From the IMG/VR virus record IMGVR_UViG_3300048575_000392, positions 12,145 to 76,144 of that record: a DNA stretch of 64,000 bases. One strand, given 5' to 3'. This DNA is from a virus. Taxonomy: Duplodnaviria > Caudoviricetes. The notes beneath the pieces were generated by a model, which was given only the letters and a program-made list of their open reading frames with translations, did no database searches and had not been told where the DNA came from. Positions 9,691 through 18,000 of this stretch are shown here, piece by piece. Each line of letters starts with the position of its first letter. The stretch's first letter is position 1. The position numbers and the translations under genes are program-made.

Positions 9691-10806
9691 CTAGATGCTC
9701 CCCATAACCGTGTATCCGAACTTGTTGCGGTTTTCCTTGAGGTAGGTTTCGATGTCCTTCAGATAGACCTGGATACGCGCCCCGAAGTAGGCGTTGGTCG
9801 CGCTCTGGGTCGAACTGAACGATTCCGAAACGCCATCCATGGACAGTGAAGATGAGGAGAACCCAGCAATTAGCCCGTCTCCGATGATGTTGAGCAACTT
9901 ACAGGCCGCCACTTTCCCGATCACGTCCCGTAGATCATTGGGAATCAGGCCGGCGTGCCCAAAACCTGCGGTATAGTCAACTTTGTAGCCGTGTGGGTAG
10001 TCGCCGTTCATCCAGCTCAGTCCCATGGTCATGGCGGCCGGAGCGATCCTGAATTGCCCATTCTCCCCCGCCTTGGGGTAGAAGCTCACGACGCCCTTAC
10101 GGTGATCGAGGCGAGCCCAGGAGAACAGGTCGAGGACTTTCTGGTCGGCGATTCCAAAGAGTTCGAAGCGGTCAAGGGAGAGCACGGGTCGCCGTCGAAG
10201 CACAATGCGCCCCGTTCTGTTCCAGAGGTCGTGCCGATAGGTATAGGGGTCTTCAGCTTCATCATAGTCGCTCCCCAGCGCGAGTTCTGCACCAGGCTGG
10301 CACTTGATCCGCGTCTTGAGCAAGGTAACCTTGAGCGCCCGCTCCATTTCAGCGACCGCCGAGCGAATTTTTGCCCTCACCTGAGCATCGGAAAAGGTAT
10401 CTCCGTTCGATGCTCGGAAGTCGACGCCCCAAAGATACGTGTACCGAAGATCGTCCGCAGTCAGAATCTCACCAAAGAGGCCATCGGGCGGGGCGTAATT
10501 CTCGAAGGTCCAGCCGACACGGCCGGACCCGATTTTCACCCAGTCCGAGGAGGCGTAATCGGAAAGCGTCCCTGTGTCGATGGCGTAGCGGTACTGGTAG
10601 ATGCCGTTGGCTACGTCGTAGTCGGTGAAGCGATTCGTCTTGATGGGAGAATATCCGGAGGTGGAGAAGGCGGCGCCGTCCCAGGTGAGCCACGCCCCAT
10701 CTTCGCGCTTGCGCTCCACTCTGTAGCCGGCGAAGCCAGCCACGCCTGAAGCGTTCTCGAGCGTGAGGATGATGTCGTTGTTGCTGGAGACGGCGCGAAT
10801 TTCCAT
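9691..10806 (-). CDS. Head-tail adaptor-like protein with N-terminal Fn3/Ig-like domain
   Basis: 371 aa downstream of the capsid gene; C-terminal SLSMDGVSESFSSTQSATNAYFGARI resembles SPO1/K-like adaptors. Confidence 0.6.
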   Translation of the reverse strand: MEIRAVSSNNDIILTLENASGVAGFAGYRVERKREDGAWLTWDGAAFSTSGYSPIKTNRFTDYDVANGIYQYRYAIDTGTLSDYASSDWVKIGSGRVGWTFENYAPPDGLFGEILTADDLRYTYLWGVDFRASNGDTFSDAQVRAKIRSAVAEMERALKVTLLKTRIKCQPGAELALGSDYDEAEDPYTYRHDLWNRTGRIVLRRRPVLSLDRFELFGIADQKVLDLFSWARLDHRKGVVSFYPKAGENGQFRIAPAAMTMGLSWMNGDYPHGYKVDYTAGFGHAGLIPNDLRDVIGKVAACKLLNIIGDGLIAGFSSSSLSMDGVSESFSSTQSATNAYFGARIQVYLKDIETYLKENRNKFGYTVMGSI

Positions 10807-10809
10807 GTC

Positions 10810-11247
10810 CTATGCCTTCTCGTAGCCGGGGACCTGGGCGAGGTAGTCGAAGTCGGCCCCCTCTACGGAGGCCACCCCCTTCTCGTCGAAGTCGATCGGC
10901 TGGCCGCTGGCCGCGAAGACGCGCTGGCCGGCCATGGCCTTGTTCTTGATCTTCCCGCTCGAGGCCTTCTTGGCGGCCGCGGGGGTCGTCTGGTCGGTGG
11001 CCGGCGTGGTGGCGGCGGCCTGGTCGTTCTGAACGGCAGCCTGAGCCTCTCCGCTCGCCGGGGCGCCGGTATCGGCCGCCTGATCCTGCCCCTCCGCGGG
11101 GGTCGTCTGGTCGGTGGCCGGCGTGGTGGCGGCGGCCTGGTCGTTCTGAACGGCAGCCTGAGCCTCTCCGCTCGCCGGGGCGCCGGTATCGGCCGCCTGA
11201 TCCTGCCCCTCCGCGGGGGTCGTCTGGTCGGTGGTTCCGCGTGCCAT
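10810..11247 (-). CDS. Low-complexity acidic Ala/Thr/Gln-rich protein (possible head decoration)
   Basis: 145 aa containing a 39-aa tandem repeat; GGAGG RBS. Confidence 0.55.
   Translation of the reverse strand: MARGTTDQTTPAEGQDQAADTGAPASGEAQAAVQNDQAAATTPATDQTTPAEGQDQAADTGAPASGEAQAAVQNDQAAATTPATDQTTPAAAKKASSGKIKNKAMAGQRVFAASGQPIDFDEKGVASVEGADFDYLAQVPGYEKA
10977..11234. repeat. Perfect 117-bp tandem repeat, about 2.2 copies, in frame
   Basis: CCGCGGGGGTCGTCTGGTCGGTGG recurs at 10977, 11094 and 11211, with identical sequence between copies. Confidence 0.9.
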
Positions 11248-11256
11248 GCGCGCCTC

Positions 11257-11451
11257 CTACAGCTTGTCCACCGCGGGGCTTGTCACCACGTTCGTGGCGT
11301 CGGCAGCGGTATGGGTTCCGGTCCCCATCGCGCAGTGCGCGTTGTGGTCCGTCTTCAGCTCGTTGACGAGGGTTATCGTCGCGTCCAGCCTCGTCGAGAG
11401 CGCTTTGAGAGCCGGGCAGGCCCGGCACATCTTGTCCTTCAGTTCGGGCAT
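11257..11451 (-). CDS. Small hypothetical virion protein
   Basis: 64 aa between the capsid gene and the repeat protein; AAGGA RBS. Confidence 0.55.
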   Translation of the reverse strand: MPELKDKMCRACPALKALSTRLDATITLVNELKTDHNAHCAMGTGTHTAADATNVVTSPAVDKL

Positions 11452-11476
11452 CCTTCTTCTCCTTGCCTTGAGGGAA

Positions 11477-11502
11477 GCCCGGCCCGCCGAAGCGGACCGG
11501 GC
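11477..11502 (-). terminator. Hairpin after the major capsid gene, possible weak terminator
   Basis: GCCCGGTCCGC-TTCG-GCGGGCCGGGC followed only by TTCCCT. Confidence 0.4.
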
Positions 11503-11508
11503 CGTAGG

Positions 11509-12924
11509 TCAGTTGTAGAAGCCGTCGTTCGTGTAGCCGACGTTCTTCACGACGCCGTGGTACCACGGCACCTTCACATCCGGCGTGCCGAAGAGCACGA
11601 GGAGGAAGGGCGTGACCGCCGCGCGGGTCGGGTAGAGGTCGAACTTCATGAGCGGGAGGAACTGGTCGAACTGGACGCTCGGCTCCAGCGCGTCGTGGCT
11701 GAGGTACAGAATCTCGCCGGTACCCGGCAGGTCCTCGTTCTGGTCGAGCACGACAGTGGTCGCGGCGCCCGAGTCGCCGACGCGAACCATCTCCCGCACG
11801 TCGGTGCCGCTTCCGGCGTCCTTCTTCGAGCGGCAGATGATGTAGCCGGTTCCCTTCTTGGTACCGGGGGTGATCGTGATCTTCGCTTCCTTTCCGGCAG
11901 CGAGGGCGAGGGACGCGGCGGCCGCTCCCGCGGAGACGCCGTACTCGTTGATCGCGAAGACCTGGTAGTAGTAGGTCCCGGCCGACGTGGAGTCGAAGCC
12001 GCGGCCACCGCCGGCGGTGAGGTCCTGGGCCGCGAGGGCGAAGGTGGGGGCGTTGGGGCGCTTGGTGGCGTCGCCGGAGGCCGCGATCTTGCCCTTCACG
12101 TAGAACATCTTGTCGGGGCCCGCCTCCTTGCCGGCGATCTTGATGTCGCTGGAGAAGGTGGTCGGGTACTCCATCACGACCTGCGCGCCGCGGCGGTCGT
12201 CCGGGTTGAAGCGGAGCCTGTCCTTGGCGAGCTTCTGGAAGTCCTGGGCGATCATCGAGGGCATGAAGGCGTGGGAGAGGCTTCCTCCGTTCTCGAAGAC
12301 CTGGCGGGAAATCTCCGTGATGGAGTCCTCGCCGGCGGCGTCGGACATCTTGGCGCCGCGGAGGTCCACGAGGTTGCGGCGACTCGCGTTCGCCTTGATC
12401 TGCTTGCTCACGGAGTCGAACTGGACGGGTACGACCGCGCTGTCGGCCTGGAACAGGCCGTACTCGCAGCCCTTGAGGACGGTGAGCGTGCCGGCGACCT
12501 TCTCGGAGGCCATGGCGTCCTCGAGGGTCTTGGCGACCTGCATCTGGAGCGTGACCTCGCGGTAGGTCTGCATGTACTTCATGGGCCGGGTCACGCGCTC
12601 GAGGGCCTGACTGGAGTCCCCGGCGTCGCCGCCCTCGCTCGTGAAGATGTTCATGAACTCGCCGGCGTCGTTCCGGCGGGTGTACTCGTGGACGGTGGAG
12701 CCGACCTTGGGCTTCGAGAGGAGGTTCATGAGCTTGAAATCCTCCTGCTTGGCCGCGAGGGCGTTGACCATGGTCATCTCGATGTCCTGCGGAATGAGAG
12801 CGCGGCCGCCAGTCATGGCCGCAGAGTCGGTGCCGTATCCCGCGGAGAGCGCCTTCTGGAGCTCGCCCTCGGTGACGGAGCCGAACATGTACTCGCTGGC
12901 ATTGGTGGGTTCGAGGAAGTTCAT
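11509..12924 (-). CDS. Major capsid protein (SPO1/Twort-like type)
   Basis: 471 aa; N-terminal LQK|ALSAGYGTD resembles processed Herelleviridae-type capsid N-termini; directly follows the protease gene. Confidence 0.85.
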   Translation of the reverse strand: MNFLEPTNASEYMFGSVTEGELQKALSAGYGTDSAAMTGGRALIPQDIEMTMVNALAAKQEDFKLMNLLSKPKVGSTVHEYTRRNDAGEFMNIFTSEGGDAGDSSQALERVTRPMKYMQTYREVTLQMQVAKTLEDAMASEKVAGTLTVLKGCEYGLFQADSAVVPVQFDSVSKQIKANASRRNLVDLRGAKMSDAAGEDSITEISRQVFENGGSLSHAFMPSMIAQDFQKLAKDRLRFNPDDRRGAQVVMEYPTTFSSDIKIAGKEAGPDKMFYVKGKIAASGDATKRPNAPTFALAAQDLTAGGGRGFDSTSAGTYYYQVFAINEYGVSAGAAAASLALAAGKEAKITITPGTKKGTGYIICRSKKDAGSGTDVREMVRVGDSGAATTVVLDQNEDLPGTGEILYLSHDALEPSVQFDQFLPLMKFDLYPTRAAVTPFLLVLFGTPDVKVPWYHGVVKNVGYTNDGFYN

Positions 12925-12939
12925 TTCGTTCTTCCCTCC

Positions 12940-14418
12940 TTACATGGACTTGATGAGACGGAGCGTGCCGTCGTTGAGGGGCATGCCCTTGTTGAGCCGC
13001 TCCTCGATGATGGCTGCGTCCTGCGCCGTCATCTTGCCGCTCTGGACGGCCTGCATGGACTTCTGGATGATCTCCTGACGGGTCATCGAGGTCTGCTTGC
13101 CGTCGGAGCCCACGAAACTGCGCTCCTGCTTGTTGACGACCGCCTGGCGGGGGGCCGGGGCATCGGCGAGGCTCTTCACGAGCTTGCCGGTGTTGACGAG
13201 GGCGCCTCCCATGGACTTCTGAAAGGCGACCATATCGCCCACGGACTTCTCGAGGGCGGACATCCGCCTGGAGATGCCCTTCGTGAGGTTGTCGAGGTAC
13301 GGCGTCACGTCGAGGAAGTCGGCGGACGACTCCCGCATCTCGTCGTACAGGGACTTCTGCATCCCCTTCTTGGGAGCCTTCGCGGGGGCCCTGGCAGGCT
13401 CCTCGTGGGTCTCCTCCTCGCCCTCGCCGTCGAGGTCGTCCTTGTCGTCGTTGGCTTCGACGGCCTCTTCCGGGGGAAGCTCGGGGAAGCCATTGTCGGT
13501 CTCCTCCTCGCCCTCGGCCTCAGCCTTGCCCTTCTTGGGCGGATTCTTCATGGACTTTTCGAGAGTCGCGATGGACTCGTCGAATGCCTTCTCGAGTTCG
13601 GGGTCTTTCATAAGAACCTCCTCCTTGAACTTGTCTTTCTTGGAAAGTACGTCGCTCAGAATTGCCTTCGCCTCTTCGGGCGAGCATCCACGGTTCTTCA
13701 AGAGCTGTTCGGCTTCGTCTTCATCGCTCACGTCTCCGTAGGCCATGGCCATGACAACGGCGTAAACATCGGGCTTGCGCCGCTTGCCGCCGTCCAAGTC
13801 GGACGGGATCATGGCCCGGCCTCCGGTCATCGCGGAGGAATCGGTTCCGAATCCCGCCTGAAGGGATTTCACGAACGCGGCGCTCGAGAGCGCCACGGGT
13901 TCGAGCGTTTGGTTGACCGGCTTGAAGGTGATCGCGAGCTCGTCCCACAGGACCTTCACGACCTTCTCGATCGCCTGGCCGATGCGAGAATCCCAGCCCG
14001 AGACCACCTCGGGCCGCTTGCCACCTACGGAGGTCTTCAGCCTCGTCGAGCCGTCCTTGAGCTTTTTCACGATCTCGCGGGCGATCGAGTTCGACTTGTA
14101 GAGCTTCGCCTTGACGAAAGTCCGGTCGCCCTCCGACCACACGTCGATGGGCTCTCCGATGATGTACTTTTCCGGGGACCAGTTCGGGTCCTCAGGGTCG
14201 GGGCGGAGGTGGCGATGGTCATAGGAGATGACGCCGTTCGCGAGGAAGTATTCCTTCGAGCCGAGAAGTGCACGCTGAAGCACGACCTGACCGTCGAAGT
14301 CCAGGTTCTCGTTCGACGCTTCGGCTTCGATGATCCAGTTGCCGTGTTCGTCGGTTTCGATGGCCTTCGACAGACTCAGTTCGAGGTAGACACGCTCTCC
14401 GAGCTCGATGTCGTCCAT
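12940..14418 (-). CDS. Prohead protease fused to acidic scaffold region
   Basis: Start re-called at MDDIELG (GGAG RBS); ASNENLDFDGQVV, ISYDH and SVGG protease-type motifs; acidic linker with many xKS sites. Confidence 0.8.
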   Translation of the reverse strand: MDDIELGERVYLELSLSKAIETDEHGNWIIEAEASNENLDFDGQVVLQRALLGSKEYFLANGVISYDHRHLRPDPEDPNWSPEKYIIGEPIDVWSEGDRTFVKAKLYKSNSIAREIVKKLKDGSTRLKTSVGGKRPEVVSGWDSRIGQAIEKVVKVLWDELAITFKPVNQTLEPVALSSAAFVKSLQAGFGTDSSAMTGGRAMIPSDLDGGKRRKPDVYAVVMAMAYGDVSDEDEAEQLLKNRGCSPEEAKAILSDVLSKKDKFKEEVLMKDPELEKAFDESIATLEKSMKNPPKKGKAEAEGEEETDNGFPELPPEEAVEANDDKDDLDGEGEEETHEEPARAPAKAPKKGMQKSLYDEMRESSADFLDVTPYLDNLTKGISRRMSALEKSVGDMVAFQKSMGGALVNTGKLVKSLADAPAPRQAVVNKQERSFVGSDGKQTSMTRQEIIQKSMQAVQSGKMTAQDAAIIEERLNKGMPLNDGTLRLIKSM

Positions 14419-14441
14419 GCGTCTCCATGGCGCGGAAAAAC

Positions 14442-14546
14442 AAAAAGGGCCGCACGCCCCGAAGGGTATGCGGCCCGAGTCTTTCGGCACCTACTACTGC
14501 TCTAAAATTACCGTATCAGAATGCTCCACGCAAGTGGGAAAGTCAA
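14442..14546 (-). promoter_or_regulatory. Promoter plus conserved leader box plus terminator hairpin upstream of the protease/capsid genes
   Basis: TTGACT(14546-14541)-N17-CATTCT, then AGTAGGTGCCGAAAGACTCG, then hairpin GGGCCGCA...TGCGGCCC and TTTTTG. Confidence 0.65.
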
Positions 14547-14767
14547 GCCACCGTTTTCCTTCCTCGTAACAGGGCCATGTAGGCGGCCTCCGCAGCCACG
14601 TTCCCTCCCTGGGCCTTCCGCCTCAGGATCTCCACGTTCGCCTGGTTGTCGTCGAAGACCTCCCCCGTGGCGGCCTCGATCTCCTTCCCCTTCGCCTCGG
14701 CTTCGGCTCGGCGCCGTCCGATGCGCGCAAGGAGCCCGTATAGCTCCTCCCTCCTGTCCTGCTTCAT
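14543..14767 (-). CDS. Small helical hypothetical protein
   Basis: Start re-called at MKQDRREE; ATGA coupling to the upstream gene; GGAGG RBS. Confidence 0.5.
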   Translation of the reverse strand: MKQDRREELYGLLARIGRRRAEAEAKGKEIEAATGEVFDDNQANVEILRRKAQGGNVAAEAAYMALLRGRKTVA

Positions 14768-15066
14768 GCTTCCCTCCATTCGCCATGCTCGAGCCAGCCG
14801 TGCCAGGTGTGTTTCGCGGTCCACTCCGGCGGTGAATTCGGATAGCCACCACGGCCCCAGAAGATCGAGGGGCTAACCGTGATCGTGCCGTCTTCATGTT
14901 CGGTAACGCTCCACGTCGAGACATCGGCGGTCAAAAGGAAGCCGTCGTCGTCACGCGGCACTGGGGCGGCGACCTGCCAATGGCCGTCCTTGTCCTTCCA
15001 ATAGTTTCCGGGTTCAACGGGCGAGCTGGTGATATTTCCCGGATTCTCTATGCGTCGCCCCTTCAT
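14764..15066 (-). CDS. DUF6527-like small protein
   Basis: C-terminal 100 aa of track ORF 14764..15501; WSVTEHEDGTITVSPSI...WHGWLEHGEW; ATGA-coupled. Confidence 0.55.
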   Translation of the reverse strand: MKGRRIENPGNITSSPVEPGNYWKDKDGHWQVAAPVPRDDDGFLLTADVSTWSVTEHEDGTITVSPSIFWGRGGYPNSPPEWTAKHTWHGWLEHGEWREA

Positions 15067-18000
15067 GCGGCCTTCTCCTTGTCGATCCCCTGATTGTAAC
15101 GGTCCTGCCGAACGGCCGCGATCGTCGCCGCGAGGCCCGTGTCGTCGAGTACGCCGGGGTCCTCCTCGAAGATGCTCCCGATGGCTTTCTTGCGCTGGAT
15201 GCGCTCCCACTTCTTCTTCTCGTGTTCCGTGTCGGACACGATGTCGTGGTACTCGATCTCCTTGTGAGCCTGACCCATGCGGTCGATGCGGCCTTCGCGC
15301 TGTTGCTTCACCCACGAGGTCTGAGGCAGGTCGAAGTTCATGAGGTAGGCCGCGTTCTGAAGGTTGAGGCCCGTCGCGCCGGCATCCGAGCACAGGATGA
15401 TGTCGTAGATTCGGTCTTTCGGGTTCGGGGGGTTGAACCCTACCTTGACCTTCTCCTTCTCGGCTCCGTTCATGCTGCCCTGGATGATCCCGACCCGGCA
15501 TCCCTTCGCTTCGAGGGCGGCCCGGAGATTCTCCACGGTCTGGATGTTGTGGGCAAAGATGACACCGGGCTTCCGGTCGCCCGCTTGGCTTGCCGTCTTC
15601 GGGTTGGCCTCCTCGTAGACCTTCTTCTCGATGATGTCGACCGCCCGGCTGATCTTAGCGTTCTTCTTCCAGTCGAACTGGTTCACGACGCGGTTGAGCG
15701 CCTCCTCCTTGATCGTCCCGGAGGACTCCTGGAGGCGTCGCGCGATCTCCTCATGCTTCGCCTCGGGCTGATTCCTGAACGAGCTCGGGGAGAGCGCCCT
15801 CATGGCCTCCACGTCGACGGTGCCCGAGCGCTGCGCCTTGCTCGCGCGCTGGAACATCGTCTCGACGTTGGCGTACTCGGCCGCCTGCTCCCCGGTGAGG
15901 GGGACGATTTCCTTCTTGGAGACCTTCTTGACCCCAGTCACGGTGGGACTCGCATAGTTGTAGCGCGAGATGAGCCGCTGTAGGGACCGGCGAGCGAAGT
16001 CCGAATCGACCCCGTACCGCTTGATGAACTCGTTCCGGTCGTTGAATCGGTCCGGAGCTACCTTGTGGAGCATGTCGAAGGCCTCTGAAATGTCGTTCTT
16101 GACCGGCGTGGCGGTCTGGTTCATGAAGTACGTGACATTCTGGTTCAGAGCATCGATGACGTTCGAGAGCGTCGTGTCCTCTTTCCCCTTCCGGTTCGTC
16201 GTGTAGTGGGCCTCGTCCACGGTGAGCATGTCGAAGGCAATGCCCTCCTTCTTCAATGCCTCGCCAAGCAGGCGTTGACGCTCCTCGGGCGACTGGGCAT
16301 TGAAGTGAGCCTTCATCGCCTCCGGGTCCTTGTCGTTGTGCTTGGCCATAAGGTGCACCATATCGTCCCGGAGGGACTGGTGCGTGAAGACCACCATATC
16401 GAGCTTTCCGTCCTTCATGGCCTGGATGCGATCGTCTCGGGAGAGCGAGGGGTCCGACTTCACACGGTACTTTCCCGGCTCGCAGAAGACGTTCACCTCA
16501 TTGCCGAACTGCGAAAGAACGACCGAGGGAACCGCGAAGATCGCACGTTTCGCCTTTCCCTTCGACTTCAGCTCCGTGAAGGCGCCGATCGAGATGATCG
16601 TCTTCCCTTTTCCGGTCCCGAAGGTGAGGTTCATCCTCTTCGTCGCCTCGAACATCTTGATGGCGCGCTGGCGCTCGCCCTTCGCCTGCATCGTGGACAC
16701 GGCGTATCGCTGCCCGCGGAGCTGATTCCTAGACAGGTCGGGGATCATGGATGCGAGCTGGGTCTCCGCGCGCCTCCCGATCGAGAGAATCTCGGTTCCG
16801 TCGTCCTGCTTGAGGTCATCCCCGCCGAACATGTCGCCCTGGGCGGCCTCGGCGCGCTTCTTCTCCTCGATGTACTCCCCGAGCTTGTCTTTCCACGAGC
16901 CCGAGGCGAAGCGGCCGTTGGCCCGGTTCGCTAGCTCGCCTCCGGCCTCGCCCATCTCGCGCTTGAAGCGATCGGTGTAGGAGTCCCGGACATCCTTGTG
17001 GAGCATCCCGAGCACGTGATCCTGGGCGTTCCTGATCTTCTCGACCTTCGTGGCGAGCTTCTTCCCCGTCACCCTGCCGTAGTTTTTGATGAAGCGCTCT
17101 GTGAAATCCCCGCGGATGCGGTCGATGATGGCGGCCTGGGCCCGGTCGGTGTCTCCGTGCATCCGGGCATACTCACCCCAGGGACTCTTCTCCTGGCGGC
17201 TCTCTCCCGCGTTGAATTCCTCCTCGGTATGCCCGGACATCCACTTTAGGTAGTGGTCCTTCATCTGGCTCTGGTAGAGCTCTTCCAGCTTCCCAGGGAG
17301 CTCTCCCTCGAGCTTCTTCACCTCGCGCTCGGCCGCGGCCGCGTCCGTGACCATGGACGGGTCGCGCAGGTCGTCGATCGCGTCGAAGAGCTCACGGGCT
17401 CCGTCCACATTCGCCCGATACGTCGCCCAGTTGCCGGGTACGACTCGAGCCAGAGGGGGGATGTCCTTCTCGCCGAACATGTCTTCCGTCGAGTGGTTCT
17501 CGATGAGGTCCTGACGGATCGCCGCGAAGGCTGCCTCCTCGCTTCCCCCGTTCTCCCCCTTGAGGAACTTCGCCCAAGCCCCCTGCCGGGACGCCGCCTT
17601 GCCCGTCGCGAGGTTCTGCCCTGACGTGGCCTCGGCCATGCTCCCCTTGTAGATGTTCCGCTCCCAGTACCGTCGGAGGTCGGTCTGATCCTGCGGGGTA
17701 AGGTCTTCCAGGAGCTTGAAGGCAAAGGCCCCTTCGGGCATCTCGCCGAGAGTCCGGTGAACGGCCTCCTCGGTCTTGTGGATCGCCTCCGCGTCGTCCC
17801 CGAGGCTCTGGTTGTCCACGTCTCCTGCCGGGGTTTCGGTGTCGGGGCCGGGGTCGTCGAAGCTCTCGGCGTCGCGACGGACGAGGCCCGCCGGCAGCCA
17901 GTTCTCCTCGTCGCGCTCCCCGGCCTTGATGGCGTCGACTTCCTCCTCGATCTGGAGCTCCTCGGCGTCGACCGGGTGGATGAGCTTGTCGGGGGTCTTG

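Noticed and set aside
10977-11234. Possible CRISPR-like repeat array
   Set aside because: Contiguous 117-bp in-frame tandem copies with no unique spacers. No CRISPR array or cas gene was seen in the window.
1694-14505. Long + strand ORFs (1694..3352, 4469..6418, 11311..14505 and similar)
   Set aside because: They are antisense shadows of GC-rich minus-strand genes, with no RBS or promoter, no recognisable motifs and low-complexity composition.
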